A DNA stretch of 64,000 nucleotides from an uncultured Bacteriovorax sp. Its GTDB lineage: Bacteria; Bdellovibrionota; UBA1018. A model generated the notes under the pieces. That model made no database searches, was not told where the DNA came from, and saw nothing but the letters and a program-made list of their open reading frames with translations. Positions 20,443-29,477 of the stretch are shown in pieces. A program made the translations under genes and the position numbers. Each line of letters starts with the position of its first letter. Within the stretch, counting starts at the first letter, position 1. The DNA is taken from positions 24,022 through 88,021 of the forward strand of contig CAYSOA010000005.1 of the NCBI GenBank assembly GCA_964432565.1, read 5' to 3'.

Positions 20443-22035
20443 GTGACCCTACCCCTACTGACAGCGATGATTCTAACGCCCCTTGCAGGTGCCGCGGTGC
20501 AGGCGATGACGCCGAGGCAACCGTTGTCGCGGCTGCTAGCCCTCTCCAGCAGCTTGATTTCAGCCATCATCGGTTTCGCGGTGCTGGCTGGGGCTTTTTC
20601 GGCCGATGACCCCGAATCCTTTCCGGAAAGATTCTCCTGGGTGGGATCCTATGCGATCTCCTACGATCTCGCCGTCGATGGCATGGCTCGGATTGCCGTA
20701 CTCATCGTCAGTGTCCTGTTTCCGGTCCTGATTGCCGCCGAATGGCGCCGATCGTCAGGGTTCCGGGGGTTTTACGCCCTTTTGCTCGTTCTTCAGGGTG
20801 CACTTCTGGGAACGGTCTGCGCTCAGGATCTTTTTCTTCTGTTCTTCTTCTGGGGCCTTTCCTCAGTGCCTGTGTTTTTTCTGGTCGGCGTGTGGGGGGC
20901 GGACGGACGTGAGGCGGCCGCCTTTCGAACGCTGGTCACCTCAGCGGCAGGTAATGCGCTGTTCTTCGGAGCGTTGATGCTGGTCTACCACGCGAGAGAC
21001 CCTCACACCTTTTCGATCGCCGAGCTCACTGGAGGATTGCTTCCAGAGCGGTCGATTTCGGTGGCTGGAGTCTCATTTTCTCTCGCGCATGTTTCTTTCC
21101 TGTTGGTCTGCCTTGGCGTGGCCCTCCGAGTCCCGGTCTGGCCGTTCCACGGCTGGTTCACTCGGCTTGCCGATGCCGCTCCTCCTACCGCGGCTGTTGC
21201 CGTTGCCGCCGCGATTGTTCCCTGCGGCGTGCAGATTCTTACCAGGCTGGGTCACCAGCTCTTTCCCAACAGCTTTTCAAATTATTCTGACGTGATCGTG
21301 CTGGTAGGGCTCGTCAATTTGATCATTGGTGCGCTCGCTGCGTTCGGGCAGCGAAAGCCGACGTCGCTTTTCTCGAGCCTCGTGCTTGCGGAGGTCGGTA
21401 TCTACCTGGTGGGCCTGGGGAGCAGCCATCCCAGTGCATTGCTAGGAACAGTTTATCATCAGCTTTGTAGTGCCCTGGCTCTGGCAGTGCTCGGGCTGCT
21501 ATTCGGCTCGATTTACCAGAAGAGTCCTCAGATCGACCTTCTGAGTCAGCGCTCGGGATCGGCTGCGCTCATGAGCGATGCACCTGTTGCGGGTGTCGTG
21601 ATGGCCTTGTCGCTGGCGACGCTGGCAGGGGTTCCCGGGCTGGGGGGGTTCATCGGACAGAGTCTGGTGCTCATGGGCGGGTTCGTGCGCTCGCCGATGA
21701 TACTGGCGCTGGTCGGCATGTCGGTTCTTCTGATCGGCATATGCCTTTTTGGAACGTACCGGGTGCTGTTTCTTGGTGGGGGGACCCAGGGGCGTTCCGG
21801 GGAGTCTCACGAGCTTTCATTCCGAGAGAAAACTTACCTCATCCCTCTGGTGGTTCTGATGGTTGCTCTGGGTGTTTATCCCAAGCCCCTCCTCGACGTC
21901 ATTCACCCGGCGACGGATCGTCTGGTAGTTTCGGGCACCGATGTTCCTCGTGATGTCGGTGGAGCACCAGACTCCGGGATCTTGCCGAACGGTGAGCAGC
22001 CCCCCATCGTCGAGTCGTCGGAAGCCCGGGAATGA
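20443..22035 (+). CDS. NuoM-like antiporter-family subunit (set 1), divergent
   Basis: 530 aa polytopic. FFWGLSSVPVFFLVGVWG aligns to canonical FWEFMLIPMYFLIGIWG. ALRVPVWPFHGWF aligns to AIKVPLFPLHTWL. Confidence 0.5.
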   Translation: MTLPLLTAMILTPLAGAAVQAMTPRQPLSRLLALSSSLISAIIGFAVLAGAFSADDPESFPERFSWVGSYAISYDLAVDGMARIAVLIVSVLFPVLIAAEWRRSSGFRGFYALLLVLQGALLGTVCAQDLFLLFFFWGLSSVPVFFLVGVWGADGREAAAFRTLVTSAAGNALFFGALMLVYHARDPHTFSIAELTGGLLPERSISVAGVSFSLAHVSFLLVCLGVALRVPVWPFHGWFTRLADAAPPTAAVAVAAAIVPCGVQILTRLGHQLFPNSFSNYSDVIVLVGLVNLIIGALAAFGQRKPTSLFSSLVLAEVGIYLVGLGSSHPSALLGTVYHQLCSALALAVLGLLFGSIYQKSPQIDLLSQRSGSAALMSDAPVAGVVMALSLATLAGVPGLGGFIGQSLVLMGGFVRSPMILALVGMSVLLIGICLFGTYRVLFLGGGTQGRSGESHELSFREKTYLIPLVVLMVALGVYPKPLLDVIHPATDRLVVSGTDVPRDVGGAPDSGILPNGEQPPIVESSEARE

Positions 22036-23522
22036 ATGCACTGATTTTTCTGCTGCCGGAAATCTACCTCGTTGCGACGGCCCTTGGACTGGTCGTCGCA
22101 GAGAGTTCGCATCATGGTGAGCGAGTGAGGCTGGCGCTGCCCACCAGTCTCCTAGGAATTTCGGGAGCATTGATTCAGGTGCTTTTGTCCTACCGCGGTG
22201 GCCCCACCCAGATCTTTGCCGGCACCTTGACCGTCGATGGTTTCACCCTATTCTTCAAGATGCTCTTTCTGGCGCTAGCGGCAATTGTCGTGACCTCCGC
22301 CTGTATCGGGCACGAAATTCCACGAAGGCTGCGTTCGGAGTTCTGCTCGTTGGCGCTTCTTGGAACCGTGGCATTGATGCTGGCGGCAAGTTCCTCCAAT
22401 CTTTTCGTCACCGTTCTGGCACTTCAACTGGCCGGGTGTGTGGGCTATTTTCTGGCCGGATTTCAGAAAGAGAGTGCCCGGTCGGCCGAAGCTTCGGTGA
22501 AGTGGATGATGTCTTCCCTGGTTTCGGGGGTGTTTCTGCTTCTTGGGGCGATGGTTCTGTTCCTGATGACCGGAACCGTGAACCTCTATGAGCTCAGCCA
22601 GCTTCTGTCGGCCGGGGGATATTCAGCCCGCGAGGCGGTTCTGGTTTTTTCGATCATTTTTCTGGGTCTCAGCATGCCGATGATGATCTTCCCAGGACAT
22701 CTTTGGGCGGCTGATGTCCTGCAGGGGGCCAATACTGCGGCAGGGACCTACCTTGCTGCCGGCCTCAGAGCGGCCACCTTCGCCGTTGCCTCCAGGGTTT
22801 GGGTCATTGTTTTTTCCAGCGCCAACGGCGACTCGGGCCGCTGGCTGCCGATGGGAGGATGGGACTGGACCCGCTGGTTGGGGTTTAGTGCGGCAATGAC
22901 TTTGGTGCTTCCCGCCCTGATGAGTGTGCGCCAGCAGAGTGCAAAACGGCTGCTGGCCTGCGTCGCCACAGTTCAGGGTGGCTTTCTGCTGCTTGGCCTG
23001 CTGGTCCTCGAAGAGATCGGGCTTGCAGCCGTGCTCTTCGGACTGCTGGTGGAACTTTTGTCCTTTGGTGGTCTGATGTTCGTGCTGTCATTGGCGGTGT
23101 CACGGAGCGGCTCAGATGAGCTCGACCGGCTTCGGGGCTGCCTTCGTGGTCGTCCATGGGAATCCGTGGCACTTCTGCTTTGCTCGATCGCATGGGTGGG
23201 CCTGCCACCCTTTGCAGGGCAGATCGGAAGGTTCGCCTTGATGGGGGCTGCAGTCCGGCGGGAGTGGTTCATTCTTGCCTTCGTGGGGCTTCTGGCGACC
23301 GTTTTAACGGTTGGGGCAATGGGGCGCCTCATGCTGACGGTGCTGGACCTGGGCGGTGAGTCGCGATCCCGGGTGGTTCAGGGGAGCGCTGGCCTCGAGC
23401 GCACTCCTTTCGATGTGCGGAGCTTTCTTGTCGGAGTTCTGGTGCCGTTGGCTACGGTCACCATTTTGGCGGACTGGCTCTTGCGGTGGACCAGCCATTC
23501 CCTGAAGTTTATTTTCTGGTAG
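22032..23522 (+). CDS. NuoN-like antiporter-family subunit (set 1), divergent
   Basis: 496 aa polytopic. N-terminal LPEIYLVATALGL is like NuoN. VLALQLAGCVGYFLAGF aligns to canonical IALELMSISVYVLVGF. Confidence 0.5.
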   Translation: MNALIFLLPEIYLVATALGLVVAESSHHGERVRLALPTSLLGISGALIQVLLSYRGGPTQIFAGTLTVDGFTLFFKMLFLALAAIVVTSACIGHEIPRRLRSEFCSLALLGTVALMLAASSSNLFVTVLALQLAGCVGYFLAGFQKESARSAEASVKWMMSSLVSGVFLLLGAMVLFLMTGTVNLYELSQLLSAGGYSAREAVLVFSIIFLGLSMPMMIFPGHLWAADVLQGANTAAGTYLAAGLRAATFAVASRVWVIVFSSANGDSGRWLPMGGWDWTRWLGFSAAMTLVLPALMSVRQQSAKRLLACVATVQGGFLLLGLLVLEEIGLAAVLFGLLVELLSFGGLMFVLSLAVSRSGSDELDRLRGCLRGRPWESVALLLCSIAWVGLPPFAGQIGRFALMGAAVRREWFILAFVGLLATVLTVGAMGRLMLTVLDLGGESRSRVVQGSAGLERTPFDVRSFLVGVLVPLATVTILADWLLRWTSHSLKFIFW

Positions 23523-23558
23523 CTCGCTCTTCTTCCGCTGCGCTATAACCCAGAAGCA

Positions 23559-23918
23559 ATGGAATACATTCCGGTTCTGATCCTGATGGCCGTCGGTACG
23601 GCGGTCGGGGTGGGCGCGATGACGTTGTCGGCCCTCCTTGGACCCAAAGCCCCTAATCGACGCAAGAATATGCCGTTCGAGTGTGGTGTCGAGCCGCATG
23701 GCGATGCACGACACCGATTCTCGGTGCGTTTCTATCTTGTTGCGATTTTGTTTCTACTTTTTGATGTCGAGGCACTGTTCTTCTATCCATGGGCGGTTGT
23801 TTATAAGAAATATCTGAGCATCAACGCCTTCATTCTTTTTGAGATGGCGGCGTTCGTGCTCATCCTTCTGGTGGGTTATCTCTACGTCCTGGGCAAAGGT
23901 GCCCTCGAGTGGGATTAG
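23559..23918 (+). CDS. nuoA: NADH-quinone oxidoreductase subunit A
   Basis: Canonical NuoA motifs PFECGVEP and [15 protein letters not shown]. Confidence 0.9.
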   Translation: MEYIPVLILMAVGTAVGVGAMTLSALLGPKAPNRRKNMPFECGVEPHGDARHRFSVRFYLVAILFLLFDVEALFFYPWAVVYKKYLSINAFILFEMAAFVLILLVGYLYVLGKGALEWD

Positions 23919-23955
23919 ACCCCGTCTTCGAATTTCATCGAGAGGCGCAACAAGT

Positions 23956-24468
23956 ATGTCTAAAGACGGATCATCCAGCTTCCTGACAACCAAACTCGAG
24001 GCGATTGTGGACTGGGGTCGCAAGAATGCCCTGTGGCCGCTGCCCTTCGGTACCAGCTGCTGCGGCATCGAGATGATGGCCACTTTTGCTGCGGACTACG
24101 ATATCGGCCGCTTTGGTGCCGAGGCCCTGCGCTTCTCCCCGAGGCAGGCGGACCTTCTGATCGTTGCAGGGATCGTGAACGCCAAGATGGCCCCGGTTCT
24201 CAAGAATATCTACGACCAGATGGCCGATCCCAAGTGGGTTATCTCAATGGGGGCCTGCGCGTCATCGGGAGGCATTTTCAACGTGTATAGTGTCACCCAG
24301 GGTATCGACACCATCATCCCAGTGGACGTCTACGTTCCGGGTTGTCCTCCGGCGCCCGAAGGGGTCCTTCATGGGCTGATGCGCCTTCAGGAGCTGATCC
24401 AGAAGGGCGAGACCCATCACCACCGATGCGAGCGGGCCCGACGTGCAGGAAAGGAGGCCCAGTCATGA
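23956..24468 (+). CDS. nuoB: NADH-quinone oxidoreductase subunit B
   Basis: [22 protein letters not shown] and [10 protein letters not shown] 23956 follows SD GAGG, whereas the ORF-track start 23839 adds a non-homologous extension. Confidence 0.9.
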   Translation: MSKDGSSSFLTTKLEAIVDWGRKNALWPLPFGTSCCGIEMMATFAADYDIGRFGAEALRFSPRQADLLIVAGIVNAKMAPVLKNIYDQMADPKWVISMGACASSGGIFNVYSVTQGIDTIIPVDVYVPGCPPAPEGVLHGLMRLQELIQKGETHHHRCERARRAGKEAQS

Positions 24469-25043
24469 GGGGTGCAGACATTCGGACTCCCGTGTCGACA
24501 GTTTACGGCGATTTCTCGAAGAAGTTCGCAGAGACTTGGAAGTCTCAGGTTCAGGAGCTGCAACAGAGATTCGGGGCCGTCATTGAAGAGGTTCGATGGC
24601 CCGGTGTTTACCCCACCGATGTTCCCATTGTCTTTGTGGCTCGCGAGTCGATCGTCGATGTGCTTCGGGTCCTTAAGGAAGAGTCCGCGTTCCGGTATGA
24701 CTTTCTGGCAGACATCACGGCGACGGATGAGGAAGTAGAGCCGCGCTTCGAGGTGGTCTACAACCTGGCGTCGATTGCATCGGGGTCGCGGATTCGCGTC
24801 AAGGTTCGAGCGCGTGAAGACGAGCAAGTCCCGTCTGTGACCGTTGTTTGGGCCGGAGCAGACTGGGCTGAGCGCGAGGTATGGGACATGTTTGGGATCC
24901 GCTTTCGCGGCCACCCGGATCTGCGCCGGATTCTGATGGATGAGCGCTGGGAGGGACATCCCCTGCGCAAGGATTACCCTCTTCGTGGCTATCAGCTTTT
25001 TCCAGATACCCAGCCCATCAACGTCGAACTGCTCAAGGATTGA
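24465..25043 (+). CDS. nuoC: NADH-quinone oxidoreductase subunit C
   Basis: 30-kDa-subunit family ([22 protein letters not shown]). ATG 24465 follows SD AAGGAGG and overlaps the nuoB stop. Confidence 0.85.
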   Translation: MRGADIRTPVSTVYGDFSKKFAETWKSQVQELQQRFGAVIEEVRWPGVYPTDVPIVFVARESIVDVLRVLKEESAFRYDFLADITATDEEVEPRFEVVYNLASIASGSRIRVKVRAREDEQVPSVTVVWAGADWAEREVWDMFGIRFRGHPDLRRILMDERWEGHPLRKDYPLRGYQLFPDTQPINVELLKD

Positions 25044-25046
25044 TCG

Positions 25047-26318
25047 ATGGAACAGCAAAGACCGCATGGAGAGTTCGGGCTTCCCGCATCTGACAACTAT
25101 ACGATCAGCGTGGATGTTCCAGCGCATGAGCACGATCCGGATGACCTTTGGAAGGATTCGAGGGTTTTCGTCAATATCGGCCCCACCCACCCAGCCATGC
25201 ACGGCGCATTGCGGATGTGCGCCCGGTTGAATGGCGAAACGATCGAAAAGTCCTATTGCGAGTTTGGCTACACACACCGGGCAAAAGAGAAGCTCGGAGA
25301 GAATCGCACCTACCACAACTTTATCGTTTATACGGACCGGCTGAACTATTGCTCGGCACTGATCAACAATGTGACCTATGCCATGGCGGTGGAGCGCCTC
25401 ATGGGCATTGAGGTTCCCGATCGCGCCGTGTGGATTCGCATGATCTGCACCGAGATGGCTCGCGTCATCGATCACTTGATTTGTGTTGGCGTCAACGCGC
25501 TCGATCTCGGCGCTTTTTCTTTCTTCCTGTATGGCTTTCATCAGCGAGAAGAGGCCTACACCCTGATCGAGAAGATTTGTGGAGCGCGCCTGACGACCTC
25601 CTACACCCGAATCGGCGGTTTGATGGCGGATGCTCCCGCAGGCTGGGAGAAGGAAGTCAAGGACTGGGTCATTCGTACCCGGAAGACAGTTCAAGAGATG
25701 GACTCTCTTCTGACCAATAATCGCATCTGGTGCGACCGCACCCAGGGTGTCGGGGTATTCACGAAAGATCAGTGCATGAAGTACAGCTATTCGGGGCCGA
25801 ATGCCCGGGCGGCCGGTATCAATCGCGACCTCCGTCGCGATCAGCCTTCCATGTTCTACGACAAGGTCGAGTTTGATGTCCCTGTCGGAAAGAATGGCGA
25901 CGTCTTTGATCGTTACATGGTCCGAATGGCCGAGATCTTTCAGTCTCTCAACATCATCGCCCAGTGCGCGGAAAAGATGCACCCCGGGCCGATCTGGTCC
26001 GAGGACAAGCGAATCCGCATTCCGGACAAGGACGTCGTTCACAACACGATGGAAGGCCTGATCCACCACTTCAAGTTCTTCATGACGGGCTTCGACGTTC
26101 CTGCTGGTGAGGCGTACACGAGCTTCGAGGCGACCAATGGCGAGCTCGCTTTCTATATTGTCAGCAAGGGTGGACCGAGAGCCCATCGTATGCGAATCCG
26201 CGGACCATCGGTTTGGCACTACCAGGGCCTGAGCGAGATGTCTGAAGGGGCGAAGATCGCCGACATGGTTGCGGCGCTCGGTTCGATCAATATCATCGCA
26301 GGCGAGCTGGATCGCTGA
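25047..26318 (+). CDS. nuoD: NADH-quinone oxidoreductase subunit D
   Basis: 423 aa with GPTHPAMHG, RLNYC, RIGGLMAD and a C-terminal IIAGELDR. Confidence 0.9.
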   Translation: MEQQRPHGEFGLPASDNYTISVDVPAHEHDPDDLWKDSRVFVNIGPTHPAMHGALRMCARLNGETIEKSYCEFGYTHRAKEKLGENRTYHNFIVYTDRLNYCSALINNVTYAMAVERLMGIEVPDRAVWIRMICTEMARVIDHLICVGVNALDLGAFSFFLYGFHQREEAYTLIEKICGARLTTSYTRIGGLMADAPAGWEKEVKDWVIRTRKTVQEMDSLLTNNRIWCDRTQGVGVFTKDQCMKYSYSGPNARAAGINRDLRRDQPSMFYDKVEFDVPVGKNGDVFDRYMVRMAEIFQSLNIIAQCAEKMHPGPIWSEDKRIRIPDKDVVHNTMEGLIHHFKFFMTGFDVPAGEAYTSFEATNGELAFYIVSKGGPRAHRMRIRGPSVWHYQGLSEMSEGAKIADMVAALGSINIIAGELDR

Positions 26319-26329
26319 GGAGGAAGACG

Positions 26330-26803
26330 ATGTCCAAGCTTCTGTCCCAAAAGTTTTATGACGAGATGAATAAGCTCGAGCCACGCTATCCAACCAAGGT
26401 GGCGCTGCTCTTGCCGGCACTTCATGCGGCGCAGTCGGAGTTCGGCTGGTTGCCGGGTGAAGTCATGGACGAGATCGGTGAGTACATCGGAATTCACCCG
26501 GCGCAGGTGCGCGAGGTGGCCAGCTTTTACACGATGTACAATCTCAAGCCCGTCGGAAAATACCACCTGAAGATCTGCACGAATGTAGCGTGCTGCCTGC
26601 GTGGGGCTGATGAGCTGGTGGAGCACTGCGAGAAGAAGTTCGGCATCCAGTGCGGCGAAACCACCCCGGACAAGCGCTTTACCCTGATGGAAGAAGAGTG
26701 TCTCGGTGCCTGTGGGACGGCCCCCGCCATGATGTTGAACGATGACTACCACGAGAATCTGACCGCCGAGAAGCTGGACCAGCTCTTGGCAGGCCTGAAA
26801 TGA
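26330..26803 (+). CDS. nuoE: NADH-quinone oxidoreductase subunit E (24 kDa, [2Fe-2S])
   Basis: Cys pattern CTNVACCLRG...CLGACGTAP typical of NuoE. Confidence 0.85.
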   Translation: MSKLLSQKFYDEMNKLEPRYPTKVALLLPALHAAQSEFGWLPGEVMDEIGEYIGIHPAQVREVASFYTMYNLKPVGKYHLKICTNVACCLRGADELVEHCEKKFGIQCGETTPDKRFTLMEEECLGACGTAPAMMLNDDYHENLTAEKLDQLLAGLK

Positions 26804-28092
26804 GCGAGGAACGGGCGATGTCTGAATCCACTCCAATGTTCAAGCCGCACTTCCATGAGGAGGCGCGTCCACTCGCCTATTATCTGGCGAAAATGAATGG
26901 CTATACGGCGTTGAAGAAGGCACTTGGGATGGCGCCTGACGCCATCATCGACGAGATGAAGAAGTCCAACATGCGAGGCCGCGGTGGCGCAGGTTTTCCC
27001 ACCGGCATCAAGTGGGGATTTATCCCGAAGCAGAGCTCCAAGCCGAAGTATCTGGTCTGCAATGCCGATGAGTCGGAGCCCGGAACCTTCAAGGATCGGG
27101 ACATCATGCGCTACACGCCACACCTGCTCATCGAGGGCATGGTGATCGGGGCGCATGCCATTGGAGCAAACAGTGGTTATATCTATATTCGGGGGGAATA
27201 TACCCGAGAGGCGCGCCTCCTGAATGAGGCCATCGATGAGGCCTATGACAAGGGTTATCTCGGCAAGAACATCCTGGGCTCGGGATTTCACTTCGACCTG
27301 ACGGTACATCGTGGGGCCGGCGCCTACATCTGCGGAGAGGAGACCGCACTGCTGAACTCCCTTGAGGGCAAGCGCGGCGAGCCTCGGGTGAAGCCGCCGT
27401 TTCCGGCACAATCCGGAGCCTTTGCCGGTCCGACCATTGTGAACAATGTCGAAACCCTTGCAGCAGTTCCCATGATCATCAACGAGGGTGGCGAGTGGTT
27501 TGCCAAGCTTGGCAGGCTTGAGAAGTCGGGTGGTACCCGTCTCCTGTCGGTTTCAGGCCATGTCAAGAAGCCCGGCGTGTACGAGATTGGCGCGGGCAGC
27601 ATGACCATTCGGCAGATCATTTTTGATCTGTGCGGAGGAGTCCTGGGCGACAAGAAGTTGAAGGCCGTCATTCCCGGCGGATCTTCGGCTCCGGTGCTCA
27701 CCGCTGACGAAATCGACGTGATTTACGACATTGAGCCCCTGATGAAGATCGGCTCAATGATGGGGTCGGCCGCACTGATGGTGGTCAGCGAGGATTACTG
27801 CGTGGTGAAGCTGATCAAGCGCATCACGAAGTTCTATGAACATGAGTCCTGCGGGCAGTGCACGCCGTGCCGAGAGGGTTGCAAGTGGATGGAGGATATC
27901 CTTCATCGCATCGAGCACGGCCACGGCCGCGAGCAGGATCTGGATCTGCTTTTAGACATCGCAGAAAACATCAACGGAAAGACGCTTTGCGCGCTGGGCG
28001 ATGCCGCCGCAGGCCCGGTCTCCAGTTTCGTGAAGAAGTTTCGCGCCGACTTTGAAGCGCACATTCGAGGTGGAAAATGCCCAAATGCATAA
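26800..28092 (+). CDS. nuoF: NADH-quinone oxidoreductase subunit F (51 kDa; NADH/FMN/[4Fe-4S])
   Basis: GRGGAGFPTGIKW, GEETALLNSLEG and C-terminal CGQCTPCREG. Confidence 0.9.
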   Translation: MSEERAMSESTPMFKPHFHEEARPLAYYLAKMNGYTALKKALGMAPDAIIDEMKKSNMRGRGGAGFPTGIKWGFIPKQSSKPKYLVCNADESEPGTFKDRDIMRYTPHLLIEGMVIGAHAIGANSGYIYIRGEYTREARLLNEAIDEAYDKGYLGKNILGSGFHFDLTVHRGAGAYICGEETALLNSLEGKRGEPRVKPPFPAQSGAFAGPTIVNNVETLAAVPMIINEGGEWFAKLGRLEKSGGTRLLSVSGHVKKPGVYEIGAGSMTIRQIIFDLCGGVLGDKKLKAVIPGGSSAPVLTADEIDVIYDIEPLMKIGSMMGSAALMVVSEDYCVVKLIKRITKFYEHESCGQCTPCREGCKWMEDILHRIEHGHGREQDLDLLLDIAENINGKTLCALGDAAAGPVSSFVKKFRADFEAHIRGGKCPNA

Positions 28093-29477
28093 TTGACGGA
28101 CGCGAGGTGGAGTTTTCGCCCGGCCAAAATCTCATTGAGGTGGCCAAGAGCGCCGGAATCGAGATTCCCCTGTTCTGTTATCATCCCGGGCTCTCGGTCG
28201 TGGCCCAGTGCCGAATGTGCGCTGTCGAGATCGAGAAGTTTCCGAAGCTCCAGACGGCCTGTTCGACCCCGGCGCAGGAGGGGATGGTCGTTCATACCCA
28301 GTCGGAGCGAGTGAAAAAGAACCAGAAGTCGGTGATGGAGTTTTTGCTCATCAATCATCCGCTGGACTGCCCCATCTGCGACAAGTCGGGCGAGTGCGAT
28401 CTCCAGGACCAGTCGTACAGTTATGGTGATGCCTACATGCGCACCTCCGAAGAGAGGCGAACCTATGTCGATCTCGATATGGGGCCTGTCATCAAAAAGA
28501 ACATGAATCGCTGCATTCATTGCACCCGCTGCATTCGCTTCGGCGATGAGATTGCCGGAATTCGCGAGATGGTGGCGATTCAGCGCGGAAACAACACCGA
28601 AATTACCACCATCGACGGACGCGCGCTTGAGACCGAGTACGCTGGCAATTACGCTGACATTTGTCCGACCGGCTCGCTGACGCTCAAGGATTTCCGCTTC
28701 AAGAAGCGGGCCTGGTTTCTCAAAAAGACCGCGACCGTCTGCGAAGGCTGTTCGCGCGGTTGCGCCATTGAGCTTCAGCATGAGGCCAACGTCATTTACC
28801 GCTGCATCGCCCGTGAAAACCTCGAGGTGAATCGCTACTGGATCTGTGACGAGGGCCGGTTCAACCATCAGTATATTCAGGCGCCTGATCGCATGGTGGA
28901 GCCATCCCTTCTGGCGAAGGGCGCACTCGAGATGACGACCTGGAAGGACGCCGTTCTCGGGGCTCGAAAGGCGCTCGAAGGCAGGAAGTTAGCCATTCTG
29001 GTGGGCTCAGACCTGACCCAGGAGGAAGTGGCCCTGATCCAGAAGTTTGCTCCGGAAAAGTTTCCTGGGGCATCGCTTCACCACTTTGGCACCGCCGGTA
29101 TTTCGTCCGCGAAGGATGACGATGCTGCCGATGCGCTCCTTAAGCGGAAGAGCCGCACCTCGAATCTTCACGGCGTGGAGAAGCTTGGGATTTCAGGGCT
29201 CACCACGATTCCGCAGGGGGCCGATGCCGTTCTGGTATTTCGAGGCGGAAGGGCGGAGCTTCCCAACCTGTCCGGCCTGAAAGTGGTCGGTGTTGGGGTC
29301 TTCCGGAAGGGAGAGGCCGAAGGCTTTGAGGCGGTCCTGCCGGGGGCTGCCTTTGCGGAAAAGGACGGTACCATTGTGAACTTCATGGGAATGGAACAGC
29401 GGCTCCGTCGGTCCGTCGTCCCCCCACGAGAGTGCAAGTCGGTTTCTGAAATTCTCATGATGTGGGCGAACCTCTAA
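28077..29477 (+). CDS. nuoG: NADH-quinone oxidoreductase subunit G, short form (466 aa)
   Basis: N-terminal 2Fe-2S and 4Fe-4S Cys motifs (CRMCAV, HPLDCPICDKSGEC, CIHCTRCIRF). The C-terminal domain is much shorter than the 780-900 aa forms. Confidence 0.8.
   Translation: MPKCIIDGREVEFSPGQNLIEVAKSAGIEIPLFCYHPGLSVVAQCRMCAVEIEKFPKLQTACSTPAQEGMVVHTQSERVKKNQKSVMEFLLINHPLDCPICDKSGECDLQDQSYSYGDAYMRTSEERRTYVDLDMGPVIKKNMNRCIHCTRCIRFGDEIAGIREMVAIQRGNNTEITTIDGRALETEYAGNYADICPTGSLTLKDFRFKKRAWFLKKTATVCEGCSRGCAIELQHEANVIYRCIARENLEVNRYWICDEGRFNHQYIQAPDRMVEPSLLAKGALEMTTWKDAVLGARKALEGRKLAILVGSDLTQEEVALIQKFAPEKFPGASLHHFGTAGISSAKDDDAADALLKRKSRTSNLHGVEKLGISGLTTIPQGADAVLVFRGGRAELPNLSGLKVVGVGVFRKGEAEGFEAVLPGAAFAEKDGTIVNFMGMEQRLRRSVVPPRECKSVSEILMMWANL

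Noticed and set aside
14104-23522. Considered that the upstream nuo-like set is an Ehr, Mbh/Ech hydrogenase, Mrp antiporter cluster or a decaying duplicate
   Set aside because: The NuoB-like protein keeps all N2 cysteines, unlike Ehr. The NuoD-like protein has no NiFe CxxC ligands or hydrogenase maturation neighbours. NuoA, H, I and J homologs are present, unlike Mrp. All ORFs are intact and tightly coupled, so this is not pseudogenisation.
24417-26420. A 667-aa minus-strand ORF antisense to nuoC/nuoD, and many other long antisense ORFs (for example 38802..40184, 18889..20079, 1038..1703, 40862..41593)
   Set aside because: High-GC genomes generate long spurious ORFs. These overlap strongly supported genes on the other strand and have low-complexity Arg/Pro/Gly-rich translations with no recognisable motifs.
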